From Syntrophaceae bacterium (lineage in GTDB: Bacteria; Desulfobacterota; Desulfomonilia; UBA1062): a stretch of DNA of 64,000 bases. The position numbers and the translations under genes are program-made. The notes below the pieces were generated by a model. The model was given only the letters and a program-made list of their open reading frames with translations, was not told where the DNA came from and did not search any database. Shown piece by piece: positions 18,654-28,074 of the stretch (the stretch's first letter is position 1; the number at the start of each line of letters is the position of its first letter). The stretch spans positions 4,206 through 68,205 of the forward strand of contig JBDKSM010000034.1 in NCBI GenBank assembly GCA_039680665.1. The letters run 5' to 3'.

Positions 18654-19850
18654 ATGGGGGATAAGATTATAAGAATATGTTCCTCCTGCGGAGAAGCGCT
18701 GGAGATTGATGATGCCTTTTGCAAGAACTGCGGGGCCAGCTTTGAGGAAAAGGGAGAGCAAAACGAAGGCGGCTTAGCTATCGGGTCGCAACTCCTGGAG
18801 TTGGCCAATAACTTTCTCTGTGTGAGCGGGGTGAACCCACAACGCTTTGAATTCGCATCCCGGTCCGGGGCGCAAGTGCCAGGTCAGAAGGGCACGATAA
18901 AGTACCAGGCCGTGGCGCAGCTGGCGCCGGAGAAAAACGAGGTTTTATTTTGGGAAAAGATGACCGAAAGTTTGGTGGGCATCGATGCCGACACTTCTCA
19001 CGAAGGCACCCTTCAGAAAAGTATTGACGTCAATCAGCAGATCCATGGGTATCTTATGTTCGGCGGCCCTTACGGTTTTCACTACGACAAACTGCACCGG
19101 GTGGTGAAGGCCATTACGAACGAGCAGGGCTGGCAATTCAAATTGGTCATGTCCAAACCGGCCATGGACACGTCTGTGCCGCCCCATGCCGCGCAGGAAA
19201 GATCGCGGAAGGATACAAGCCCTGTATGCGGGGCTTGTGTGGAAGGCCCAGAAGAGGCCGCTCATCCCGCTACATCCAGGAAAAGCATATGGATTCCCTT
19301 GATTCTGGCGGGAGCGGCCATCCTTATTGTAGCAGTTGCGCTGATTGGGATACGTAAGGAAACAACCATTTCCGAGAAACCAAGGACGGCTGCCGTACCG
19401 CATGAAGAGGCGAAATCTCAAAAGGCAGGCGGCGTGGAACAAAAGCCGTCTGTTTCCGCGCCACCAACGGCGATCGATTATAACGCCGAAGGCATAAGAG
19501 AAGCCAAGGCCGGGAAAATGGAAGAAGCGGCCGTGTTGTTTGAAAAGGCCGTGCAAGCTCATTCGGATAATTTCAATGCTTGGAATAACCTGGGGCTGGC
19601 GCTGCGCAAGATCGGCAAGAATGAGGAGGCCGTCACGGCCTACCAACGCGCCATTACCGTAAAACCCGACTTTGCCTTGGTCTACAAGAATCTCGGCATC
19701 GTGCTCGAGCAAATGGGCAAGAAGAAAGAGGCTGCCGACGCCTATCGGAGATACTCTGAACTGAATCCATCGGCCGCGGATGCGCGCACCGCCAGAGAAA
19801 AAGCCGAGACGCTGATCGGCGTGGAACAGGGAAAGGGGGCAAAACGATGA
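18654..19850 (+). CDS. zinc-ribbon / unknown domain / TM / TPR protein
   Basis: CSSCG...FCKNCG; TM WIPLILAGAAILIVAVALIGI; TPRs AWNNLGLAL, VYKNLGIVL. Confidence 0.8.
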   Translation: MGDKIIRICSSCGEALEIDDAFCKNCGASFEEKGEQNEGGLAIGSQLLELANNFLCVSGVNPQRFEFASRSGAQVPGQKGTIKYQAVAQLAPEKNEVLFWEKMTESLVGIDADTSHEGTLQKSIDVNQQIHGYLMFGGPYGFHYDKLHRVVKAITNEQGWQFKLVMSKPAMDTSVPPHAAQERSRKDTSPVCGACVEGPEEAAHPATSRKSIWIPLILAGAAILIVAVALIGIRKETTISEKPRTAAVPHEEAKSQKAGGVEQKPSVSAPPTAIDYNAEGIREAKAGKMEEAAVLFEKAVQAHSDNFNAWNNLGLALRKIGKNEEAVTAYQRAITVKPDFALVYKNLGIVLEQMGKKKEAADAYRRYSELNPSAADARTAREKAETLIGVEQGKGAKR

Positions 19851-20281
19851 GACGCATCTTTTTCGGACGTAACCTGATGTTGCTGCTTTGTTTTATCTTG
19901 GCATCCGGTTGTGCCGCCACAAAAACCACCACCAAGCCTGCCACGACCAGTCCGACGGCTCCAACCAGCACGACCGGTTTTACTCCAAAACCGGTGATTC
20001 TTTATGTCATCTCCGATCGGCTGAACCTGAGGGAGTGTCCGTCTTTACAGTGCAAGGTGGCCGTGGTGCTGAAACTGGGCGATGAAGTGATCGTGCTGGG
20101 ACAGAAACAGGATTGGATTAACGTAAGGGTAAAGGCTACTCACCAAGAAGGCTGGGTGGCCGCGTATCTGGTCGGGGAAACGCCCAGGGAAAGAACTCCA
20201 TCCAGGATCAAGGAAGAACCGTCTCCACGGGCAAAAGAGAAGCAGGGTCAACCTGAATTAAAGGAAGAGTTCTCCCCTTGA
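19847..20281 (+). CDS. SH3b-domain lipoprotein
   Basis: Lipobox LASGC; Thr/Pro linker; LNLRECPS...WINV...EGWV; ATGA overlap with upstream gene. Confidence 0.85.
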   Translation: MRRIFFGRNLMLLLCFILASGCAATKTTTKPATTSPTAPTSTTGFTPKPVILYVISDRLNLRECPSLQCKVAVVLKLGDEVIVLGQKQDWINVRVKATHQEGWVAAYLVGETPRERTPSRIKEEPSPRAKEKQGQPELKEEFSP

Positions 20282-20444
20282 AAGCTCCCCGAAGATTCTG
20301 CGGCGGTAATGAGGGTCAATAACTGAACACAAAAACGGCATCATCCGCCGGGTTCTGCTGAACATTTCCCAAAAAGGATCAGCCGCGGTTTTCGCATGGC
20401 GCGCCAAGCGGCAGGGGTAACGGCGGCGTTGTCATTTTGGGCGT

Positions 20445-20483
20445 CACGGGCAAAGGCCTTAGCCTTGCCCGTGTTTCCGTTTA
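20445..20483. terminator. hairpin between convergent SH3 gene and paaK
   Basis: CACGGGCAAAGG...CCTTGCCCGTG followed by TTTCCGTTT. Confidence 0.55.
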
Positions 20484-20498
20484 TAAATCGATATGGTA

Positions 20499-21788
20499 TC
20501 AGTTGCGATTATCAAAAAGCCGCTGCGACTTCCTGCCCGTGCGGGGCAGCTCGCCATCGCCCACGATCTCGATCGTACCGCTGACCAGGAGCGATTTGCG
20601 CATGTCGGTGGCGATGGCCTTGGCTATTGCCGCGTCGCCGTCCGCGCCGCCGTCCGGGGCGCGCTCGACCTTGACGGTCATGTAGTCCTTGCCGTCGTCT
20701 AAGCGCTCCAGCACGATCTGGTACTCGCTGCCGATGCCGGGATGGCGGCCTAAGATCTCTTCGATGTGGCTGGGGTAGATATTGACCCCGCGAATTATGA
20801 ACATGTCGTCCGAGCGGCCCGTGATGCGGTCATGCCGGGGCAAAACCGATCCGCAGGCGCACGCTCCGGGCAAGAGCCGGGTCAGGTCGCGCGAGCGGTA
20901 GCGCACCAGCGGGGCGCCTTCCTTTTTAAGCGTGGTGTAGACCATCTCGCCCACTTCGCCTTCCTTGACCGGTTCCAGGGTCTGGGGGTCGAGGATCTCG
21001 AGGATATAGTAATCCGGGAAATAGTGGATGCCCGCATGGTGGACGCAGTCCAGGCCGGTGCCGGGGCCGTAGACCTCGGTCAGTCCGGGGATGTCGAAGA
21101 CGTGCTCGGCATGGAAAAGGGCGCGGATCTTGTCGCGCATGGCGTCGCTGGAGCGCTCGGCGCCCATGATGACCTTGCGGACGTTCAGTTTGCCCGAGAT
21201 GCCGGCCTTCTCGGCCTCTTCGGCCAGGAGCAGGGCCATGGAGGCCGTGGAGCAGATGACCGTGGGCTGGAAATCTTCCAGGAACTGCAGGTGCATCTCC
21301 GTATTGCCGGGACCAACGGGTAAGGCCATGGCGCCGAAGCGCTCGCACCCGTTCTGAAAGCCCACGCCCGCGGTCCAGACCCCGTAGCCCACGCAGATCT
21401 GCACCCGGTCCAAGGCATTCAGATCCGCCAGCTCGTAACAGCGGGCGAACATGTGGGCCCAGTCATCGATGTCCTTGGCCGTGTAGGCCATGACCTTGCG
21501 CTTGCCGGTCGTGCCCGACGAGGCGTGGATGCGCACGATTCTATCAAACGGCACGGCGCGCAAGGGAAATGGATAGCCTTCCTGCAGGTCCTGGGCCGTC
21601 ACGAAGGGCAGGCGTCTGAGGTCGTCCAGGCTCCGGATTGCATCCGGCTTCACCCCGGCGGCATCGAAGCGGCCACGATAGAAATCCGAGCCGTGGTAGG
21701 CGTGTTGGACGGTCCACTTGAGGCCTTGGAGTTGGAGGGCCTCAAGCTCTGCTTGGGTTCGATACTGCGGCATGAAAGTTCCGGCCAT
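20499..21788 (-). CDS. paaK: arylacetate (phenylacetate)--CoA ligase, distal copy
   Basis: LQEGYPF, RIHASSGTTGK, GLTEVYGPG, PLVRYRSRDL, ITGRSDDMFIIRGVNIYP. Confidence 0.92.
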   Translation of the reverse strand: MAGTFMPQYRTQAELEALQLQGLKWTVQHAYHGSDFYRGRFDAAGVKPDAIRSLDDLRRLPFVTAQDLQEGYPFPLRAVPFDRIVRIHASSGTTGKRKVMAYTAKDIDDWAHMFARCYELADLNALDRVQICVGYGVWTAGVGFQNGCERFGAMALPVGPGNTEMHLQFLEDFQPTVICSTASMALLLAEEAEKAGISGKLNVRKVIMGAERSSDAMRDKIRALFHAEHVFDIPGLTEVYGPGTGLDCVHHAGIHYFPDYYILEILDPQTLEPVKEGEVGEMVYTTLKKEGAPLVRYRSRDLTRLLPGACACGSVLPRHDRITGRSDDMFIIRGVNIYPSHIEEILGRHPGIGSEYQIVLERLDDGKDYMTVKVERAPDGGADGDAAIAKAIATDMRKSLLVSGTIEIVGDGELPRTGRKSQRLFDNRN

Positions 21789-22330
21789 TATTGTCCTCCT
21801 TGAGCGTCGTGTTGTTGCATCTGTGTGTATCCGATGGCAATGGCCTTGATATTGTCGGCCAGCGAGCGTTTGGGCGAGATATCCTGCATGACCTGGTGGG
21901 CCTCGTCCAAACGTATGCCCAGCAATTTGAGGACGAATCCAAGCATGATCATGTTCACGCTGCCGGGCATGCCCTCGGCCAGGGCCAGTCCTGTGGCGTC
22001 CACGGTGAAGTCGAAGGCGTCCTTGGCCGGCGCGTTCACGGCCGCGATGCCGCCAGTTTTAAGCATGTGGAGAAGACTTAAGCTCTCGGCCGCATCCAGC
22101 CCGATGAGGATGTCGGCGCTGCCGGCCGGTATGAGCGGCGAGGCAAAGCTGCCGATCTTGAGGTTGGCCGTCACCGTGCCGCCGCGCATGGCCATGCCGT
22201 GGGTCTCGGAGGCGATCACCGGGTACCCCTGGCGTACGGCGATCTCGGCCAGGGCCCGGGCCAGCAGCAGGATGCCCTGGCCGCCGGTGCCCACCATGAA
22301 TATCTGTCGGTCTACTTGAGCAGTGTCCAT
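21788..22330 (-). CDS. iorB: indolepyruvate:ferredoxin oxidoreductase beta subunit
   Basis: GTGGQGILL, SETHGMAMRGGTV, SPLIP.GSAD, NMIMLG. Confidence 0.92.
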   Translation of the reverse strand: MDTAQVDRQIFMVGTGGQGILLLARALAEIAVRQGYPVIASETHGMAMRGGTVTANLKIGSFASPLIPAGSADILIGLDAAESLSLLHMLKTGGIAAVNAPAKDAFDFTVDATGLALAEGMPGSVNMIMLGFVLKLLGIRLDEAHQVMQDISPKRSLADNIKAIAIGYTQMQQHDAQGGQ

Positions 22331-23451
22331 TTTCCGTTCTTTACCTGTACCATGACCATGGAGTCCACGCCAAGCCCGCAATGGTCCTGGGCGCTCATGG
22401 TGTAGATGCCGCTGACGCCGATGAAACCCCGTACCCCTTCGATGGCCTTGGCCAGAGTGAGGCCGCCTTGGCCGCCCGATTTCTTGAGCCCCAGCGCCAG
22501 GAGCTGCATGGCATCCCAGGCATAGCCTGAGTGGGCGCCGGTCTTGCCGATCTTTTTCACGTTTTCATAATCGTTCTTGAACTTGGCCAGCACCGGGAAC
22601 TGAGGATCGTTCTTGGCGATCTGGTCTAAGACCATGAGCTTGACGGTGGGCATGATGGTGCCCTCGGCCGCGGCTCCAGCAAGCTCCAGGTATTTGGGAT
22701 CGGCCTGGCCGTGACAGTGGAGGAGCGGCATGGACATCCCCAACTGGCGAAAGTTCTTGGTCACGATGGCCCCTATCCCGCCGATGGTCCAGCACACCAC
22801 GGCCTGCGGACCCGTCTGTTTGATCTTGGTGAGCTGCACGCTTACGTCGCTGTCGGTGGTGTCAAAGACCTGGGCGCCCACGATCTCGATGCCGAAGTTC
22901 CCGGCGAGCTTTTCCAGGGAGGCCTTGCCTTCCTGCCCGAAATTATCCGAGGCGGTGATGATGGCGATCTTCTTGATGCCCTTGTCTTTGAGATAGGCAT
23001 AGGTGCGTTCCACGGCCGTGACGGTCTTTTGCGGGCTCTTGAACATGAACTGGCGCACCGGCTCCACCGGCGGGGTGCCGCCTACGAAGCCCACGGTAGG
23101 GGTCTGTGCGTCCTGGATGATCTTCAAGACCGCCATGGCCGAGCCCGTGCCCGTGGGACCGGCGATGGCGACAACCTTCTCGCGCTCGATCAGGCGTTTG
23201 GCCTCCAGGGCGGCCTTACCGGGGTTGCTCTGCGTATCGGCGAAAACGAGAGCTATGGGACGGCCTTGAATACCGCCCCCGGCGTTGATCGCGTCGGCCG
23301 CCATCATGGCCACGGCCTTGGAGGGCTCGCCGATGTGCCCTTCGGGACCTGATAGTCCCACCAGCACCCCGATCTTGACGGGCTGGGCCGCCAAAAGCGG
23401 GGAAACCATACCCAACAGCGCCAGCATACATACAAAAGATAATCTCTTCAT
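22312..23451 (-). CDS. ABC transporter periplasmic binding protein (LivK/HAAT family, aromatic-acid type)
   Basis: Signal peptide; VKIGVLVGLSG, INAGGGIQGRPI, GVSGIY.MS..DHCGL; GGAGG RBS. Confidence 0.9.
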   Translation of the reverse strand: MKRLSFVCMLALLGMVSPLLAAQPVKIGVLVGLSGPEGHIGEPSKAVAMMAADAINAGGGIQGRPIALVFADTQSNPGKAALEAKRLIEREKVVAIAGPTGTGSAMAVLKIIQDAQTPTVGFVGGTPPVEPVRQFMFKSPQKTVTAVERTYAYLKDKGIKKIAIITASDNFGQEGKASLEKLAGNFGIEIVGAQVFDTTDSDVSVQLTKIKQTGPQAVVCWTIGGIGAIVTKNFRQLGMSMPLLHCHGQADPKYLELAGAAAEGTIMPTVKLMVLDQIAKNDPQFPVLAKFKNDYENVKKIGKTGAHSGYAWDAMQLLALGLKKSGGQGGLTLAKAIEGVRGFIGVSGIYTMSAQDHCGLGVDSMVMVQVKNGKWTLLK

Positions 23452-23483
23452 AAAACCTTCCTCCTTTTATGAGGGGAGCCCCC

Positions 23484-24797
23484 TCAAGCTTGTAAGAACC
23501 TGCGATCAATGATCTTGGTGCGATGCTCCACCACCCCGGAAAGGCCCATGGGCTCAGCACATATGAGCCGGATCGTGGAGCCCAAGAGATCGATGAGCTG
23601 GGTGCGTACGGCGTGCACCAAGGTTTCCTTCAGGCGTTCTCGGGAATCATCGGGGCCGCTCTCGGGCAGCTCGAGGCGCACCTCCACGATATCATTGGTT
23701 GCTTCCCTGGTGACGATGACCTGGAAGCGGGGCCGCTCGCCCACTAAAGGCGCTAGGATATCCTCGATCATGCGGGCCGAGATCTCGATACCCGAGACCT
23801 CGATAGAGTCGTCCGTGCGGCCGGTAATGCGCGCCATGCGCCTGCCCGGCGCGAGCCGTCCGCAGGGGCACTCATCCTCGATCAGGGTCGTGAGGTCGCC
23901 GGTGCGGTAGCGGATGAGCGGCATGGCCTCCTTGGTGATGGTGGTCAGGACCAGTTCGCCCTCTTGCCCCGGTCCCAAAACCTCGCCCGTGGCCGGGTCG
24001 ATGACCTCCGGGATTACCTGGTCCTCGAAGATGTGCAGGCCGCCGCGGCTATGGCACTCGGCCGCCACGGCCGAGCCGTAGATCTCGCTCAAGCCGTAGT
24101 GATCATAGGCCTCGATGCCCAGCGCGGCCTCGATCAAGGCGCGTGTGTCCTCGCTCCACGGTTCGCCGCCCAAGAGCCCCTTCTTGAGCGGTATCGCGTC
24201 GGGGCCAAGCCTTAAGGCCTGGAAGGTCTCCATCAGGGCCAGGGCATAACAGGGCGTGGCGATAATAACCGTGGCGCCGTAGTCCATGATCATGCGCGCA
24301 TGGCGTTCCAGGTCCACGCTGGAGGTGGGGATCAGGGTCACGCCGAGTTCCTCGGCCCCGTGATGCAGACCGGCGCCGCCGGTAAAGAAGCTCGATCCAA
24401 AGGCGATGTGCACGATATCACCGGGGCCGATGCCCGCCAGCTTGAGCACGCGGCCGCTGACCTCGCGCCAGTGGCGCATGTCGTTGCGGTTGAAGCCCGC
24501 CACGGTGGGCCGGCCCGTGGTGCCGGCCGAGGAATGGATGCGCATGATTTCGGGGAGCTTGACCGCGAACATGCCATAGGGGTAGTTGTCGCGCAGCGTC
24601 TTCTTGGTGGTGTAGGGCAGGCGGGTGAGGTCGGTCAGGGACCCGACATCCTCGGGCACGAGCCCCAGTTGGTTGAAGAGCTCGTGGTAATAGCGGACGT
24701 TGCGATAGGCCCGGTTGAGCGTGGCCTGGAGACCTTCGAGCTGCAGCTGGCGCAGCTCTTCCATAGCGTTTGTGGCTTCAATGCGTCCGGAAGACAT
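23484..24797 (-). CDS. paaK: arylacetate (phenylacetate)--CoA ligase, proximal divergent copy
   Basis: LRDNYPYGMFAV, RIHSSAGTTGRPT, YGLSEIYG, EAMPLIRYRTGDL, ITGRTDD. Confidence 0.9.
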   Translation of the reverse strand: MSSGRIEATNAMEELRQLQLEGLQATLNRAYRNVRYYHELFNQLGLVPEDVGSLTDLTRLPYTTKKTLRDNYPYGMFAVKLPEIMRIHSSAGTTGRPTVAGFNRNDMRHWREVSGRVLKLAGIGPGDIVHIAFGSSFFTGGAGLHHGAEELGVTLIPTSSVDLERHARMIMDYGATVIIATPCYALALMETFQALRLGPDAIPLKKGLLGGEPWSEDTRALIEAALGIEAYDHYGLSEIYGSAVAAECHSRGGLHIFEDQVIPEVIDPATGEVLGPGQEGELVLTTITKEAMPLIRYRTGDLTTLIEDECPCGRLAPGRRMARITGRTDDSIEVSGIEISARMIEDILAPLVGERPRFQVIVTREATNDIVEVRLELPESGPDDSRERLKETLVHAVRTQLIDLLGSTIRLICAEPMGLSGVVEHRTKIIDRRFLQA

Positions 24798-25521
24798 CTC
24801 TCCCTCCTGCCTGGCCGAGATAGGCGCGCACGATCTCGGGATTGTCCTTCAGGTCGGTGGCGCTCCCGCTGAACACCACCTTGCCCGTCTCCATCACATA
24901 CCCCCTCTCCGCGATCTCCAGGGCCAGCCGGCCGTTTTGCTCGACTAAGAGGATGGCGGTGCCCTGTTGGGCGCGCAAGGAGCGCAGGCGTTCCAATAAC
25001 ATCTTTATGATGGCCGGGGCAAGGCCGCTGGAAAGCTCGTCCAAGAGCAGCAGCCGCGGGCGCGTGGTGAGCGCCCGGGCGATGGCGAGCATCTGCTGTT
25101 CCCCGCCCGAGAGCGTTCCGGCGAGCTGGTGTTGCCGCTCGGCCAGGGCCGGGAAGATTGACAGGCTCTCCTGAACCAGGGCCTTTTCCCGCGGTCCCAG
25201 GCGGAACTTGCGGTGGGCCAGGGCCAGGGTGATGTTCTCGCGCACGGTCAGGCTCCTGAAGAGCCCGCGGTCTTCGGGCACCAACGCCACACCCTGCCGG
25301 ATGGCATCACGCGGGTCATGCGCGGCCAGCGCCTTCTGATCCAGGATGATCTCGCCGCCCCGGATGGGCAAGATGCCGGCGATGGTCTTGAGCAAAGTGG
25401 ACTTGCCCGAGCCGTTGGCCCCGAAGACCACCACGATCTCGGAAGGACCGACGTGCAGCGAGACGTTCTTGAGGATGTGCAGGGCCCCATAGTAGGCGTT
25501 GACGTTCGTCAGCCTGAGCAC
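24778..25521 (-). CDS. livF: ABC transporter ATP-binding protein LivF-like
   Basis: GANGSGKS, GTLSGGEQQMLAIARAL, LLVEQN. Confidence 0.9.
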   Translation of the reverse strand: MLRLTNVNAYYGALHILKNVSLHVGPSEIVVVFGANGSGKSTLLKTIAGILPIRGGEIILDQKALAAHDPRDAIRQGVALVPEDRGLFRSLTVRENITLALAHRKFRLGPREKALVQESLSIFPALAERQHQLAGTLSGGEQQMLAIARALTTRPRLLLLDELSSGLAPAIIKMLLERLRSLRAQQGTAILLVEQNGRLALEIAERGYVMETGKVVFSGSATDLKDNPEIVRAYLGQAGGRDVFRTH

Positions 25522-25524
25522 CTT

Positions 25525-26274
25525 TTAGTCCCCCAGGTAGGCGGCGATGACCGCCTGATCGGTCTGGATCTGCTCGGGCGTGCCCTGGGCGATGCAGGCC
25601 CCGCGGTCCATGACGATCACCGTATCCGAGATACCCATGATGAGCTGCATGTCGTGGTCGATAATGAAGATGGTGGTGCCGCGTGTGTTCACCGCCTTTA
25701 AGAGCGCGGTCAGGTCCTCCACCTCGTGTGAGTTCAGGCCCGCGCCGGGTTCGTCTAAGAGCAGGAGCTTGGGATCGGCCGCCAGGGCCCGCGCGATCTC
25801 CATGAGCCGGAGTTGCCCGAAGCCCAGGGCCGCCACGGGTGCGCCGGCCGCCTCAGCCAGCCCGACCAGCTCAAGCGCGGCCTGAGCCTCGGCGCGCGCC
25901 TGCCGTTCGTGCCTGCGGTAGCCGGGCGTGCGCGCCAGGGCGGGCAACATGTGGTTGCAGTAGGCCCGGCTGGCGCCGATCAATACGTTTTCCAGCACGC
26001 TCATGCCGCCAAAGGCCTCCACGCCCTGGAAGGTGCGGATGCAGCCCAGACGGGCCACGCCGTGCGGGCGCCTGTGCGTGATGTCCTTGCCTTCAAGCCG
26101 GATGCGGCCGTGATCGGGCTTTAAAAAACCCGTGATCATGTTGAAGGTGGTGGTCTTGCCCGCGCCGTTGGGCCCGATCAGGGCCGTGATGCCGCCTTCT
26201 TTCACGCACAGGTTCAGGCCGTCCACGGCCTTGAGCTTGAAAAACGTTTTGGACAGGCCTTCAACCCTGAGCAC
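25525..26274 (-). CDS. livG: ABC transporter ATP-binding protein LivG-like
   Basis: LIGPNGAGKTT, RTFQ, LLLLDEPGAGL, DHDM, VIAAYLG; GTG start after GGAGG inferred. Confidence 0.9.
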   Translation of the reverse strand: MLRVEGLSKTFFKLKAVDGLNLCVKEGGITALIGPNGAGKTTTFNMITGFLKPDHGRIRLEGKDITHRRPHGVARLGCIRTFQGVEAFGGMSVLENVLIGASRAYCNHMLPALARTPGYRRHERQARAEAQAALELVGLAEAAGAPVAALGFGQLRLMEIARALAADPKLLLLDEPGAGLNSHEVEDLTALLKAVNTRGTTIFIIDHDMQLIMGISDTVIVMDRGACIAQGTPEQIQTDQAVIAAYLGD

Positions 26275-27220
26275 GCGCACCTCCGGGTCTGATGAGTCCC
26301 TGCGGGGCATAGATGAGGGTGGCGATCAGCACCACCCCGTAGATGACGGCTTCGAAATCGGTCGGATTGGCCAGCGGCACCCAGGCGGAGGCGGCCCTGA
26401 GAAGCTCGGGCAGCCAGGTTACGGCCAGGGCGCCGATGACCCCGCCCAAGAGGCTCATGGAACCGCCGATCACCACCATGACGATGAACTTGACCGAGAG
26501 CATCACCGAGGCCACATCGTCGGGGTTGATATAGGCCAGGGGCGAGCAGAAGCAATAGAGCCCGCCCGCCAGACCGGCTAGGCAGGCGCTCAAGACAAAG
26601 ATCTTGAGCTTGGCGGCCTCGAGGTCGATGCCCAGCGATGATACGGCCCGGGGGCTGGTATGCACGGCCTGCATGAGTGCCCCGAAGCGCGAGCTAATCA
26701 GGGACTCGCACAGGACATACACCACGATCAGCGCCGCCGTAACCAGGACATGGCGGCTGATATCATTATCTATGGTAACACCCATGATCTCCAGCGAGGG
26801 GATGGCGAAAATTCCTCCCGGGCCGCCGGTGGCGCCGAAGGGGTTGGCCCTCAAGATCGCATACACGATCACGCCGATGCCCAGCGTGGCCATGGCGAGG
26901 TAGTGCTCCTTGAGGCGTACGGTGGGCAGGCCCACCAGTAAAGCCACACCGGCGGGCAGGAGACAAGAGAGCCCCAGTCCGAGCCAGGGGTTCAGACCGA
27001 AGTTGACGCTGCCTATGGCCGCGGCATAGGCGCCCAGGCCGAAGAAGGCCGCATGGCACAGCGAGATCTGGCCGGTGTAGCCTAAGAGGAGGTTGAGGCT
27101 CAAGGCCACGACGGCGCTGATGCCGGTCATGGTCATGAGCGAGAGGTAGTAGGACAGCTCTCCCCGGCAGAGAACCAGCGGCGTGAGCATGAGCACCACC
27201 AGGATGAAGAGCCTCTTCAC
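26261..27220 (-). CDS. livM: ABC transporter permease LivM-like
   Basis: LNLLLGYTGQISLCHAAFFGLGAY, RLKEHYLAMATLG, MVVIGG. Confidence 0.9.
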   Translation of the reverse strand: MKRLFILVVLMLTPLVLCRGELSYYLSLMTMTGISAVVALSLNLLLGYTGQISLCHAAFFGLGAYAAAIGSVNFGLNPWLGLGLSCLLPAGVALLVGLPTVRLKEHYLAMATLGIGVIVYAILRANPFGATGGPGGIFAIPSLEIMGVTIDNDISRHVLVTAALIVVYVLCESLISSRFGALMQAVHTSPRAVSSLGIDLEAAKLKIFVLSACLAGLAGGLYCFCSPLAYINPDDVASVMLSVKFIVMVVIGGSMSLLGGVIGALAVTWLPELLRAASAWVPLANPTDFEAVIYGVVLIATLIYAPQGLIRPGGARAQG

Positions 27221-28074
27221 AGCCGCCCCCCTAAGAGGCCCTGCGGCCGGGTATAGAGGATGACGAGCACCAGAGTAAAGGCGATGACCTCTTTATAGCC
27301 CGAGAGCACGGCGCTGCCGCAGGTTTCGGCGATGCCGATCACCAGGCCGCCCAGCACCGCGCCGGGCAGGTTGCCCATACCGCCCAGCACCGCGGCGCAG
27401 AAACCTTTGAGCCCCAGCTCGGTGCCTTTGAGCCAGCTCATCTGGGTGAGCGGGGTGATGAGCGCCCCGGCCGCGGCGCCGATGGCGGCGCTTAGAGCAA
27501 AGGCCAAAATCGGCAGCGTCTGCGATTCCACGCCCAGGTTGCGGATGGCCTGCCGGTCCTCGGCCATGGCGCGCAGCGTCGCCCCCAGCAGGGTGTATTT
27601 CAGAAACAGACCCAAGGCCAGCACGATTGCGGCGCCGAGGGCCAGGATCCAGAGCGTCTGGGAGGGGATCGTGGCCCCCAGCGCCGTGACGGCCGTCGGT
27701 CCGGGCAGGGCCGGCAGGTGAAACTCGTCCTTGGTGACGGCCCCCACCAGGGCCTTGAGGATGAACGAAACCCCGATGGTGATGATGATGAGCGTGGTCA
27801 TGCCGGAGCCACGCGCCGGGCGTATGGCCAGGCGTTCCACGGCCATGCCGGCCAGGGCGGTCAGGCCGATGGCCAGACCCATGGCCGCGGCCAGTGGCAG
27901 GCCCTGGAACTGGTGCAGCCACACCGCCAGCATGCCGCCCAGCATCACGAATTCGCCCTGGGCGAAATTGATGATCCCGCTCGTATTGTAGGTCAGAGAG
28001 AAACCGACGGCGATCAGGGCATACAGGGTCCCGATGCCGATGCCGGTCAGCAGGTACTGGAGCAGGACGCTCAT
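27217..28074 (-). CDS. livH: ABC transporter permease LivH-like
   Basis: YALIAVGFSL, INFAQGEFVMLG, GLKGFCAAVLGGMG; ATGA overlap with iorA stop. Confidence 0.9.
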   Translation of the reverse strand: MSVLLQYLLTGIGIGTLYALIAVGFSLTYNTSGIINFAQGEFVMLGGMLAVWLHQFQGLPLAAAMGLAIGLTALAGMAVERLAIRPARGSGMTTLIIITIGVSFILKALVGAVTKDEFHLPALPGPTAVTALGATIPSQTLWILALGAAIVLALGLFLKYTLLGATLRAMAEDRQAIRNLGVESQTLPILAFALSAAIGAAAGALITPLTQMSWLKGTELGLKGFCAAVLGGMGNLPGAVLGGLVIGIAETCGSAVLSGYKEVIAFTLVLVILYTRPQGLLGGRL

